Source: an uncultured Solirubrobacteraceae bacterium (GTDB lineage Bacteria; Actinomycetota; Thermoleophilia; Solirubrobacterales; Solirubrobacteraceae). From it: DNA of 64,000 nt. The stretch lies in the NCBI GenBank assembly GCA_963759445.1, contig CAVWZC010000009.1:1704-65703 (forward strand), in the 5' to 3' direction. A model generated the notes under the pieces. That model saw only the letters and a program-made list of their open reading frames with translations, did no database searches and had not been told where the DNA came from. Positions 23,054 through 32,122 of this stretch are shown here, piece by piece (position 1 is the first letter of the stretch; every line of letters begins with the position of its first letter). Position numbers and translations under genes: made by a program.

Positions 23054-23461
23054 TTAGAGCTCGAGGTAACGCAGCAGGAAGCGTCCGAGGGCGATCACGT
23101 CGCCGTCCTCGAGCTCGGCCTGCTGCACGGGCGCCCCATTTACGTAGGTGCCGTTGGAGCTGCGATCGTCGAGCACGCGCGCGCGCTCGGAGCTGATCAG
23201 GAGGATCGCGTGCCGCCGCGAGACGGACATGTCATCGAGGTGCAGGTCCGTCGAGAGGCCACGTCCGATACGCAGGGCGCCCTGGCCGAGCGGGATCAGC
23301 AGCGCCCGCTCTGGCCCCTCCACCTCGAGGTAGCGGCCGGGCCGCAGCGCCTCGCGTCTGGCCGCGCCGCGCCGGACGCGCTGGTCGAGGCACTCGATCG
23401 GGTCAAAGCGCTCGGTGCCGCCATCGACTGCGGCGGCTCGGGTGAGGGTCTCGAGGGTCAT
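23054..23461 (-). CDS. FHA-domain protein
   Basis: RIGRG, SVSRRHA, DDRSSNGTYVNG, DGDVIALG. Confidence 0.9.
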   Translation of the reverse strand: MTLETLTRAAAVDGGTERFDPIECLDQRVRRGAARREALRPGRYLEVEGPERALLIPLGQGALRIGRGLSTDLHLDDMSVSRRHAILLISSERARVLDDRSSNGTYVNGAPVQQAELEDGDVIALGRFLLRYLEL

Positions 23462-23657
23462 GCCTGAAAGCAAACACCGCCGCCCTCAGGCGAAGCCTAA
23501 GCGCCGCTAAGAAATGACGAAATCGCGTTAGCGCCGGCGAGCGCGGTAGGAACGCGGTCGGCGCTGAGTCCCGCGGCCGATCGCCGGCTCGCCGGCCGCG
23601 CGCGGCGCCGCTTGGGGGGACGTCCCAGCCCCACTCTGCCGTAGGCTGAGGGGACAG

Positions 23658-24560
23658 ATGATCGCCGCTCCGCTCGCCGTCTCGGTGGATCCCGACTCCG
23701 TCTACGCGCTCGGCCCGCTCGCCCTCATCGCGGTCCTCTATGCCAAACGCGCGCGCTCGCTAGCGAGCGGCCGGAATCCGGTACCGGCCTGGCGCCGGGC
23801 CTGCTTCTACGGCGGCGTGGTGGTGATCGCCCTCGCGCTCTCGGGGCTGGGGCAGCCGAGCCAGGAACTGCTGTACGTGCACATGATCGAGCACCTCCTG
23901 CTCGGAGACATCGGGGCGCTGCTGCTCGTGCTGGGGCTCACCGGGCCGCTGATCGCACCGGTCCTGCGGATCCGCCTGTTCGACCGACTGCGCGTGCTGT
24001 CGCACCCGCTCATCGCCTTCCCGCTATGGGCGATCGACATGTACGCGTGGCACGCTCCGGCGCTCTACCAGGCCGCGCTCCGGCACACACCGGTGCACGT
24101 GCTCGAGCACTTCCTGTTCGTGGGGCTCGGGATCAACATGTGGATGTGCCTTTTCGGGCCGTTGCCGATGCCGAGCTGGTTCGGCAACCTGGCTCGGCTC
24201 ATCTACATAGTCGCGGTGCGGCTGACGGGGACGGTGCTCGGCAACATCTTCCTGTGGTCCGGGACGGTCTTCTACCCCTTCTACCTGCACGGCGACGCCC
24301 TCCACAGCATCTCCCCGCTGGCCGACCAGAACATCGCGGGCGCGATCATGATGGTCGAGGAGTCCCTGCTCACGCTCGGGCTGTTCTGCTGGCTGTTCCT
24401 GCGCACCGCGCGCGAGGGCGAAGAGCGACAGGAGCTGCTGGACTTCGCCAGCGCGCGCGGGCTCGACCTCACCGAGCAGCGTGCGGCGCGTGCGGTCGCG
24501 GCCGGCCGCGGTGCGGAGCTCCGCAGACGGCTCGAATCCTCCCAGGGCGCCCCGCGCTAG
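23658..24560 (+). CDS. ctaG: Cytochrome c oxidase assembly factor (Caa3 CtaG family)
   Basis: HMIEHLLL, WHAPALY, HVLEH, DQNIAGAIM; multi-TM. Confidence 0.85.
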   Translation: MIAAPLAVSVDPDSVYALGPLALIAVLYAKRARSLASGRNPVPAWRRACFYGGVVVIALALSGLGQPSQELLYVHMIEHLLLGDIGALLLVLGLTGPLIAPVLRIRLFDRLRVLSHPLIAFPLWAIDMYAWHAPALYQAALRHTPVHVLEHFLFVGLGINMWMCLFGPLPMPSWFGNLARLIYIVAVRLTGTVLGNIFLWSGTVFYPFYLHGDALHSISPLADQNIAGAIMMVEESLLTLGLFCWLFLRTAREGEERQELLDFASARGLDLTEQRAARAVAAGRGAELRRRLESSQGAPR

Positions 24561-24602
24561 GCCCGCGCAGCCGGCCTTCGGCGGGCGGGTATCCTTCGCC
24601 TC

Positions 24603-24902
24603 GTGTGCGTCGGCTGCGCAATTGCGGCGGCCTCGGCGGCGTCCGGGTTCCGCAGCTGGCTGGCTGCGCGCTCGCCGCGCTGGGTCACGCCAAGGCGCCT
24701 GCGCGCGCTCACCGTCGGCGCGCTGTGCGCCGCGGGAATCGTCTCCTCGGTCGGCGTGAGCGGCTCGGTGCGCGTCGCTCCGGCCGCGGCGGCCAGGCCC
24801 GTTCAGCCGCCGGCTACGGCCGGCAGGATCGTGAGCTCGGCGCCGTCGCTGACGGGGGTCTCGAGTCCTTCCAAGAAGCGGATGTCCTCGCCGGCGAGAT
24901 AG
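24603..24902 (+). CDS. Small membrane protein with N-terminal CxxC (hypothetical)
   Basis: TATCCT N7 GTG leaderless start; MCVGCAIAAASAASG...RALTVGALCAAGIVSSVGV TM; 3' end overlaps the convergent moaD-like gene. Confidence 0.5.
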   Translation: MCVGCAIAAASAASGFRSWLAARSPRWVTPRRLRALTVGALCAAGIVSSVGVSGSVRVAPAAAARPVQPPATAGRIVSSAPSLTGVSSPSKKRMSSPAR

Positions 24903-25078
24903 ATGTTCACGAAGCGCCGTAGCGATCCATCATCGTCCGCGATCCGCGCGCGTAGCTCGCCATAGCGCACGAACAGCTGCTCGAGCACCTCCTGCACCGT
25001 TGTCCCCTCGACGAGCGCTTCGGAGTCTCCGCCCGCGGCCGCCCGCAGTTGCGTCGGAATCTTCACGAGCGCGGGCAC
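24803..25078 (-). CDS. MoaD/ThiS-family ubiquitin-like sulfur carrier (CysO/MetO-like)
   Basis: VKIPTQLR...LRRFVNIYL.GEDIRFL...ILPAVAGG with C-terminal GG; start overlaps the thrC-like stop. Confidence 0.92.
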   Translation of the reverse strand: MPALVKIPTQLRAAAGGDSEALVEGTTVQEVLEQLFVRYGELRARIADDDGSLRRFVNIYLAGEDIRFLEGLETPVSDGAELTILPAVAGG

Positions 25079-26340
25079 TAAACCCGCACCGCCTCGCCAA
25101 GCGCCGCCTCGAAGGCCTCGACGCTCGCGCCGATGCGCGTCGTCTCGAAGGTGCCGCGGACGGCGTCTAGGGTCTTCAGACCCTCGCCTGTGACAACCAG
25201 CACGACACGCTCCTCGGGGTCGATCTCGCCCCGTTCTGCGAGCTTCGCGAGCACCGCCGTGGTCACTCCGCCGGCCGTCTCGGTGAAGATCCCGGTGGTC
25301 TGCGCGAGGAGCGTGATCCCGGCGCGGATCTCCTCGTCGCTGACGGCGTCGATGCCGCCGCCGCTGTCCCTGGCGAGCTCGAGTGCGTACGGCCCGTCGG
25401 CGGGGTTGCCGATCGCCAGCGACTTCGCGATCGTGTCCGGCTTCACCGGCCGGCAGACCTCCTCGCCGGCGGCGTATGCCCGCGCGACGGGCGCACATCC
25501 CTCCGCCTGCGCGCCGCTCATGCGCGGCAGTTCGCCCTCGAGCAGCCCGAGCGCGCGCCACTCCTCGAAGCCTCGCGCGATCTTTGTGAACAGCGAGCCC
25601 GAGGCGATCGGCACCACGCAGCGGTCGGGCAGCTCCCAACCGAGCTGCTCGGCGATCTCGAAGGCGAGCGTCTTCGAGCCCTCGGCGTAGTAGGGGCGCA
25701 GGTTGATGTTCACGAACGCCCAGTCGCGTTCAGCGCAGAGCTCGGTGCAGAGCCGGTTGACGTCGTCGTAGGTGCCGTCCACTCCGACGACACGGGTGCC
25801 GTAGACGCCGGTCGCGAGGATCTTCTGCTCCTCGAGGTCGGACGGGATGAACACGTAGGAGTCCATTCCGAGCGCGGCCGCGTGCGCGGCGACCGAGTTC
25901 GCGAGATTGCCCGTCGAGGCGCAGGCGATCGTCTCCAACCCGAGCTCGCGCGCGCGCGACACGGCGACCGAGACGACGCGGTCCTTGAAGGAGTGCGTCG
26001 GGTTCGCGGCGTCGTTCTTGACCCAGACCTCGCGCAGCCCGAGGCTGCTAGCAAGCCTGTCGGCTCGGATCAGCGGCGTGCAGCCGGCGGGAAGGCCGAC
26101 ACGCGAGGCGAACCGACCCGACGGGCCCGGAGGCCCCTCGGTCAGGGGCAGAAAGTCCGAGTAGCGCCAGATGTTCTGGGGCCCTCCCTGGATACGGCGC
26201 CGAAGCTCCGCGATGTCGCCGCCGAGCCGGCTGTGGTCGTATCCGACCTCCAGAGGCCCGAAGCAGCGATCGCAGACGTACAGCGCCTCGAGCGGGTAGT
26301 GCGCCCCGCACTCCTTGCACTGAAGATGCGTCACAGCCAT
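25078..26340 (-). CDS. thrC: Threonine-synthase-family PLP enzyme (possibly MetM-type O-phosphohomoserine sulfhydrylase)
   Basis: CKECG...CDRC Zn motif, NPTHSFKDR (PLP Lys), ASTGN, YYAEGSKT, SLAIGNP, TGEGLK. Confidence 0.85.
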   Translation of the reverse strand: MAVTHLQCKECGAHYPLEALYVCDRCFGPLEVGYDHSRLGGDIAELRRRIQGGPQNIWRYSDFLPLTEGPPGPSGRFASRVGLPAGCTPLIRADRLASSLGLREVWVKNDAANPTHSFKDRVVSVAVSRARELGLETIACASTGNLANSVAAHAAALGMDSYVFIPSDLEEQKILATGVYGTRVVGVDGTYDDVNRLCTELCAERDWAFVNINLRPYYAEGSKTLAFEIAEQLGWELPDRCVVPIASGSLFTKIARGFEEWRALGLLEGELPRMSGAQAEGCAPVARAYAAGEEVCRPVKPDTIAKSLAIGNPADGPYALELARDSGGGIDAVSDEEIRAGITLLAQTTGIFTETAGGVTTAVLAKLAERGEIDPEERVVLVVTGEGLKTLDAVRGTFETTRIGASVEAFEAALGEAVRV

Positions 26341-26412
26341 TGCCGGTCTTCCTTTCGTATTCGCCATCGCCTGTCACCGGTGTGGGCGGAGGCTCTGAAA
26401 GGAAGCTCGCCA

Positions 26413-26503
26413 CACATCTGTCTGGAATTGGCACCTTCCCGCCGTGACGTTGCGGTGGTTGCCGGGGTTTCATCGGGCCAGTCCCTTCACCCCTCTGGAT
26501 GTG
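26413..26503 (-). ncRNA. SAM-I-family (S-box) riboswitch aptamer
   Basis: CACAUCCAGAGGGGUGAAGGGACUGGCCCGAUGAAACCCCGGCAACC...GGUGCCAAUUCCAGACAGAUGUG: P1 AUC/GAU, kink-turn P2, GCAAC/GGUGC P3; extended -10 TGcTATGCT upstream. Confidence 0.93.
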
Positions 26504-26599
26504 TCCAGCTATGTGGCGCCGAGCATAGCACCCGTCGGCGTCGTTGTGGGGGCCGCGCGCGCGGCTCCACGGGGACATTCTGGCAGCAGGTAACGTCGC

Positions 26600-27622
26600 A
26601 TGGCGGCGGGTGTAGGCCTAGCCGTGAGCACCCCCACGCGCGAGGCAGGACAGCACACGGGCGAGCGTGAGCTGCCGTTCCGCTTCGCCTCACCCGGCAG
26701 CCGTCGGCGCGTGCTCCTGATCGTCAACCCCTACGCGAGCAGCGTCTCCCCGCGCCTGCGCGAGCTCGTGCTCGGAGCGCTGCAAGCTCGCTTCGAGGTG
26801 GACGCGGTCGACACCCGCGCCCCCGGCCACGCCATCGAGCTCTGCCGCGGCGCGGCGCACGTCGGCTACGACCTCGTCGTCGCGCTCGGCGGCGACGGCA
26901 CCGTCAACGAAGCCGCCAACGGTCTGCTCGGCTCGGACACGCCGCTGTGCGCACTGCCGGGCGGCTCGGCGAACGTGTTCGCGAAGATGCTCGGGATCCC
27001 CAGCGACCTGCTCGACGCGACCGAGCACCTGCTCGCGCTCGCCGACGACTGGCGCCCGCGCCGGGTCGACCTCGGCGTGGTCAACGGGCGTTGCTTCACC
27101 TTCGCGTCCGGTCTTGGCCTGGACGCGAGCGTGGTTGAGCGCGTCGACTCCAACCCACGCCTCAAGCGCCGGCTCGGCCCCTACTACTTCGCGTGGGTCG
27201 CGGTCGGGACCTTCGTGCGCCGCTACCTCCTGCGCCGCCCGCCGCGGCTGCGCGTCGATGCCTCCGGACGCACGCTCGAGGGCGTCACGGCGATCGTCCA
27301 GAACGGCGCGAGCTTCACCTACTTCCAGGACCGCCCGATCGAGATGGTGCCGGGCGCTTCGCTGCACTCGGGCGCGCTCGCAGGCGGCGTGCTGCACAGC
27401 GCGACGGCGCTGTCGATGCCGTTCGTGGCCTGGCGCGCCTTCTCGCGGCGCGCGCGTGTGGCCGATCACCGGCAGGTGAGCGCGCTCGCGCCGCTGCGCG
27501 AGATGACCGTCCGCAGCGCGGACGGGCGGGCGCTGCCGCTGCAGGCCGACGGGGACTTCGTCGGCGATGTGGAGGAGGCCCGCTACTCGATCCTCCCGGG
27601 GGCTCTACGGGTGCTGTGCTGA
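26600..27622 (+). CDS. Diacylglycerol/lipid kinase family protein
   Basis: IVNPYA, LGGDGTVNEA, LPGGSANVFA, LQADGD. Confidence 0.9.
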   Translation: MAAGVGLAVSTPTREAGQHTGERELPFRFASPGSRRRVLLIVNPYASSVSPRLRELVLGALQARFEVDAVDTRAPGHAIELCRGAAHVGYDLVVALGGDGTVNEAANGLLGSDTPLCALPGGSANVFAKMLGIPSDLLDATEHLLALADDWRPRRVDLGVVNGRCFTFASGLGLDASVVERVDSNPRLKRRLGPYYFAWVAVGTFVRRYLLRRPPRLRVDASGRTLEGVTAIVQNGASFTYFQDRPIEMVPGASLHSGALAGGVLHSATALSMPFVAWRAFSRRARVADHRQVSALAPLREMTVRSADGRALPLQADGDFVGDVEEARYSILPGALRVLC

Positions 27623-27635
27623 GACCCGGTGGACG

Positions 27636-29924
27636 CTAGAGCGCCGCGCCGGGCGTGACACGGTAGGCGTCGAAGACCGACTCGATGTTTCGCAGGCGCG
27701 TGATCGCGCCCTTCAGCGAGTGCGTATCGGCGATCTCGACGACGAAGCGGTTCTTCACCATCGGCGGCATCGACAGGCAGCGCGCCTCGACGATGTTCGC
27801 GCCCGACTCCGAGAAGGCGCGCGAGAGGTCCTCGAGCAGGCGGTGGCGATCCCAGGCGTCGACCTGGATCTCGACGATGAAGCCAGTCGACTGGTCGCCT
27901 TCCCAGGCGACGTCGGCGAAGCGCTCCGGGTTCTTTCGTAGCGCAGCCGTGTTGGCGCAGTCTGCGCGGTGGATCGTGATCCCGCGCCCGAGCGAGATGT
28001 AGCCGACGATGTCATCGCCCGGCACCGGCCGGCAGCACTTGGCGAGGCGCAGCATCACGTCCTCGACGCCTTCGACCCTGATCCCGTATTGGCCCGAGGA
28101 CTTGGTGGGGCGCCGGCGCGCGCGCCCGACGCGCAGAAGGTCGCTGGCCTCATCAGAGCCGTCGGCGGACTCGCCCTGCTTCAGGCGCTGCATGACCTTG
28201 TTGACGACCAGCTTCGGCGAGATCTTGGCGGCTCCGAGCGCTATGTAGAAGTCGTCGGCCTTGCGGAAGCCGACCTCTCGGATCACGTCGGCCAGCAGCG
28301 CCGAGCCGGTGATCTTCTGCGCCGGCAGGCCCTGGCGACGCAGCTGCTCCTGCAGCAGCTCGCGCCCTGTGTGCTCGGTGTCCTGGCGGGACTCGGCCTT
28401 GAACCAGGCCTTGATCTTGTTGCGCGCCCGCGTGGTCTTGACCATCGCCAGCCAGTCGCGCGAGGGGCCGCGCTCGCGCTTGGCCGTGAGGATCTCGACG
28501 ATGTCGCCGGAGCGCAGCTCGTAGTGCAGCGGCACCATCTTGCCGTTCACGCGCGCGCCCACGCAGCGGTGGCCGATCTCGGTGTGCACCTCGTAGGCGA
28601 AGTCCAGCGGCGTCGCCCCCGTCGCCAGCGACTTCACTTCGCCCTTGGGCGTGAAGACGTAGACCTCCTCTTCCAAGAGGTCGGTGCGCAGCGAGCGCAT
28701 GAACTCGTCGGGGTCTTGCAGCTCCTTCTGCCAGTCGAGCATCGAGCGCAGCCACGTCAGCTTTGCGTCCTCGCCCATCTTCGCGCGCGCCTCCTGACCG
28801 TCCCCGGCGAGCCCCGACTGCAGCTTGTAGACCCAGTGCGCGGCCACCCCGAACTCCGCCATGTCGTGCATCTCGTGGGTGCGGATCTGGATCTCGAGCG
28901 GCCGGCCCTCGGGTCCGATCACGGTCGTGTGCAGCGACTGGTACATGTTGAACTTGGGCATCGCGATGAAGTCCTTGAAGCGGCCCGGCAGCGGCTTCCA
29001 AAGCGAGTGGATGACGCCGACGGCGCCGTAGCAGTCCTTCACCGAGTCCACGATCACGCGCATCGCCGTGAGGTCGTAGATCTCGTTGAACTCGCGTCCC
29101 TTCTTGGTCATCTTCGAGTAGATCGAGTAGAAGTGCTTCGCGCGCCCGGCGATCTGGGCCTCGACCGCAACCTTGGCGAGCTCCTCGCGCAGGTAGTCGC
29201 CCGCCTCACCGACGTAGCGCTCGCGTTCCTCGCGCTGCTGGGCGACGAGGCCCTTGATCTCCTGGTACTTGCGCGGGTAGAGCGTCGCGAACGCGAGGTC
29301 CTCGAGCTCCCACTTGATCGCGTGGATGCCGAGCCTGTGCGCGAGCGGCGCGTAGATCTCGATCGTCTCACGCGCCTTGTCGATCTGCTTCTGCTTGGGC
29401 ATTGCGTCGATCGTGCGCATGTTGTGCAGGCGGTCGGCGAGCTTGATCAGGATGACCCGCACGTCCGTGGCCATCGCGACCATCATCTTGCGGTAGTTGT
29501 TCGCCTGCGCCTCGTCGCGCGACTGGAAGGTGATGCCGGTGAGCTTCGTGACGCCGTCGACGATCGCGGCGATCTCCTCGCCGAAGCGCTCGCGCACCTC
29601 CTCGATCGAAGCCGAGGTGTCCTCGACGGTGTCGTGCAGCAGCGCCGCGCACAGGGTCTCGGTGTCCAGGCGCATGCTCGCGCAGATGCGCGCGACGCCG
29701 ACGGGGTGCACGATGAAGTCCTCGCCCGACTTGCGCCGCTGCGCTGCGTGGTGCTCGCAGGCGAAAACAAACGCCTCGCGCACACGCGCACGATCGACGG
29801 GGACGGCACCGTCGCTCGCGTGCTCGGAGACGATCGCGAACAGGTCGCTCAGCAGGCGCCGCTCGGAGGAGCTGAGCGCGAGCTCGGTGGCCTGCCTACT
29901 CTGGGGATCCTCGGCTATGGCCAT
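27636..29924 (-). CDS. relA: Bifunctional (p)ppGpp synthetase/hydrolase (long RSH)
   Basis: HDTVED, KLADRLHNMRT, GRAKHFYSIY, YQSLHTT, EIQIRT, TGS and ACT domains. Confidence 0.97.
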   Translation of the reverse strand: MAIAEDPQSRQATELALSSSERRLLSDLFAIVSEHASDGAVPVDRARVREAFVFACEHHAAQRRKSGEDFIVHPVGVARICASMRLDTETLCAALLHDTVEDTSASIEEVRERFGEEIAAIVDGVTKLTGITFQSRDEAQANNYRKMMVAMATDVRVILIKLADRLHNMRTIDAMPKQKQIDKARETIEIYAPLAHRLGIHAIKWELEDLAFATLYPRKYQEIKGLVAQQREERERYVGEAGDYLREELAKVAVEAQIAGRAKHFYSIYSKMTKKGREFNEIYDLTAMRVIVDSVKDCYGAVGVIHSLWKPLPGRFKDFIAMPKFNMYQSLHTTVIGPEGRPLEIQIRTHEMHDMAEFGVAAHWVYKLQSGLAGDGQEARAKMGEDAKLTWLRSMLDWQKELQDPDEFMRSLRTDLLEEEVYVFTPKGEVKSLATGATPLDFAYEVHTEIGHRCVGARVNGKMVPLHYELRSGDIVEILTAKRERGPSRDWLAMVKTTRARNKIKAWFKAESRQDTEHTGRELLQEQLRRQGLPAQKITGSALLADVIREVGFRKADDFYIALGAAKISPKLVVNKVMQRLKQGESADGSDEASDLLRVGRARRRPTKSSGQYGIRVEGVEDVMLRLAKCCRPVPGDDIVGYISLGRGITIHRADCANTAALRKNPERFADVAWEGDQSTGFIVEIQVDAWDRHRLLEDLSRAFSESGANIVEARCLSMPPMVKNRFVVEIADTHSLKGAITRLRNIESVFDAYRVTPGAAL

Positions 29925-29984
29925 AACAGAAGGTTAGGGGACCGCCACCGCGGATTGAAGCGGCCAGCCGTGGCTGGCAGCCGC

Positions 29985-31772
29985 TCAGAAGAGCGCGAGC
30001 TCGAGCTGGCGGGGCTGCTCGTCGGCGCGATCGTGTGCGCCGGCGGGCGCCTCGGGCTCGATCGCCCGCGGCGGCAGCGCGGCGGCCTCGGCCTCGATGG
30101 CGCGCACCCGCCGCAAAACCAGGCGCGGTTCGCTTGCCCCGTTCCACTCGTTGACCTCCAGCGAGAACGTCGCCTGCGCGGGCTCACCCTCCTGCACGGG
30201 CAGGCTCGAGCCGCAGCCGAATGCGACCGCGCGCGCGCCGACCCCGTGGGAGCGCACGGTGAAACGCAGATGCTTGCCCTCGCCCATCGGGCGCAGGTCC
30301 TCGAAGACGGCGCCGTCGATCAGCAGGTTGGGGCGCGGGTTGCCGCGGCCGAAGGGCGCGAGCACGAGCAGCTCCTCGGCGAGCGCCATCGAGACCTCCC
30401 CTCCCTCGAGCACGGCGTCGACTCGCTCCACCTCCACCACCCCATCCGCCGCGATCGTCTGCCGCGCGTACTCGCACAGCGCGCGCGCGAACTCCGGCAC
30501 GCGCGAGCGCTCGATCTCCAGCCCGGCGGCGGCGCGGTGCCCGCCGTAGCGCAGCAGGTGGCTCGAGCACGTCTGCAGCCCCGCGAGCAGGTCAAAGCCC
30601 TCCGTGCTCCGCCCAGACGCCCTGCCGCGCTCGCCGTCGAGCGCGATCAGCACGACCGGTCTGGCGCTGAGCTCCACCAGACGCGACGCGACGATCCCAG
30701 TGACCCCCGCGTGCCAGCCCTCCGCGGACAGCACGTAGGCCGGCTGCTCGCCTAGCTGCGCCATCTGCGCTTCGGCCTCGAAGCGGATGCCGCGCTCGAC
30801 CTCGCGGCGTTCGCTGTTCATCGAGTCGAGCTCGTGCGCGACCTCGCCGGCGCGCACCGGGTCCTCGGTGAGCAGCAGCTCGAGCGCGGCGTCGGCGCGG
30901 TAGAGGCGCCCGGCAGCGTTCAGTCGTGGCGCGAGCGCAAACGCGACAGCGCGCTCGTTGACCGCACCGCCGGCCACCTCGCTCACGGCCATCAGCGCGC
31001 GCAGCCCGGGCTTCGCGGTCCCTGCCAGTCGGCGCAGCCCGGCAGCGGCGAGCGTGCGATTCTCGCCCAGCAGCGGCACCACGTCGGCGATCGTCGCGAG
31101 CGCCACGAGGTCCAGGTCCCCGGCGAGCTCGCCCGCCGGCCGTCCCGCGCTCTGGAAGAGCGCCTCGGCGAGCTTGTATGCGACCGCCGTGGCGCACAGC
31201 TCGGGGCATGGGTAGTCGCACAGCGCCGGGTGCACGATCGGCGCGCGCGGAAGCGTCCCGTCCGCGCGCGGGGTGTGGTGGTCGGTCACGACGACGGCGA
31301 GGCCGAGGGCCTGCGCCGCCGCGACCTCCTCGACCGCCCCGATCGCGCAGTCGGCGGTGATCAGCAGCTTCGTGCCGCGCTCTGCCAGTCGCGCCACGGT
31401 GGCCATGTTCAGCCCGTAGCCGTCGCTGGCGCGGTCGGGCAGGTACCAGTCGACATCGGCGCCGAGGGCGCGCAGGGCGCGCACCAGGATCGCCGTGGAG
31501 CAGACGCCATCGACGTCGTAATCGCCGTGGATCGTGATGCGCCGGCCCGCCGCGAGGTGCTCGACGATCAGCCCGACGGCGTCACCGATGCCGCTGAAGG
31601 CGCTCGCCGGGTGGCGCTCGGCGCGCTCGAGGAACGCGCCTGCCGCGGTCGGATCGCGCAGACCGCGCCGCACGAGTATCTGCGCGAGCGCGCCGCTCAC
31701 CGACAACTCATCGCGCAGCCGGCGAACGAGCTCAGGCGGGCAATCCGGGATCTCGAGGCGCCACTGCTGCAC
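29985..31772 (-). CDS. recJ: Single-stranded-DNA exonuclease RecJ
   Basis: HGDYDVDG, TDHH, TIADVVPL, PRLNAAGR, GGHRAAAG, PFGRGNP. Confidence 0.95.
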   Translation of the reverse strand: MQQWRLEIPDCPPELVRRLRDELSVSGALAQILVRRGLRDPTAAGAFLERAERHPASAFSGIGDAVGLIVEHLAAGRRITIHGDYDVDGVCSTAILVRALRALGADVDWYLPDRASDGYGLNMATVARLAERGTKLLITADCAIGAVEEVAAAQALGLAVVVTDHHTPRADGTLPRAPIVHPALCDYPCPELCATAVAYKLAEALFQSAGRPAGELAGDLDLVALATIADVVPLLGENRTLAAAGLRRLAGTAKPGLRALMAVSEVAGGAVNERAVAFALAPRLNAAGRLYRADAALELLLTEDPVRAGEVAHELDSMNSERREVERGIRFEAEAQMAQLGEQPAYVLSAEGWHAGVTGIVASRLVELSARPVVLIALDGERGRASGRSTEGFDLLAGLQTCSSHLLRYGGHRAAAGLEIERSRVPEFARALCEYARQTIAADGVVEVERVDAVLEGGEVSMALAEELLVLAPFGRGNPRPNLLIDGAVFEDLRPMGEGKHLRFTVRSHGVGARAVAFGCGSSLPVQEGEPAQATFSLEVNEWNGASEPRLVLRRVRAIEAEAAALPPRAIEPEAPAGAHDRADEQPRQLELALF

Positions 31773-31819
31773 GGCCCGCGAGCGTACGGGCCGGGCGGGA
31801 CGGAACCGCTGTGGAGCCG

Positions 31820-32122
31820 CTAGACGGTCTCGGCCAGGCGCACGCCGGCGGCCCGTTCGCGACGCATGCCCTCGAGGTACACGAGCCCCATGCCGATGAG
31901 CGCGCCCGGCACCGCATACAGCACCACGCCGATATTCGTCGCCTTTTCGCCGGGTATCCGCAGCGCCGAGACTTTCACGCCGTAGATGATCAGCCCTACG
32001 ACGATCGAGCCGAGCAGCGAGCCGAGGAAGGCACCCACCAGGCCGCCCCAGAAGCGGTCGGGCAGCCAGATCGTGAAGTGCCAGATCGCGAGGCCCATGA
32101 TCACCCAGCCGAGCAAGCCCAT
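31820..32122 (-). CDS. Small 3-TM hypothetical membrane protein
   Basis: MGLLGWVIMGLAIWHFTIWLPDRFWGG...; TGATG coupling to the secDF stop. Confidence 0.8.
   Translation of the reverse strand: MGLLGWVIMGLAIWHFTIWLPDRFWGGLVGAFLGSLLGSIVVGLIIYGVKVSALRIPGEKATNIGVVLYAVPGALIGMGLVYLEGMRRERAAGVRLAETV

Noticed and set aside
27969-30755. Very long antisense ORFs (928 aa here; also 51104-53164 and others)
   Set aside because: Expected stop-poor shadows of high-GC3 genes; Arg/Gly/Ala-rich with no motifs.
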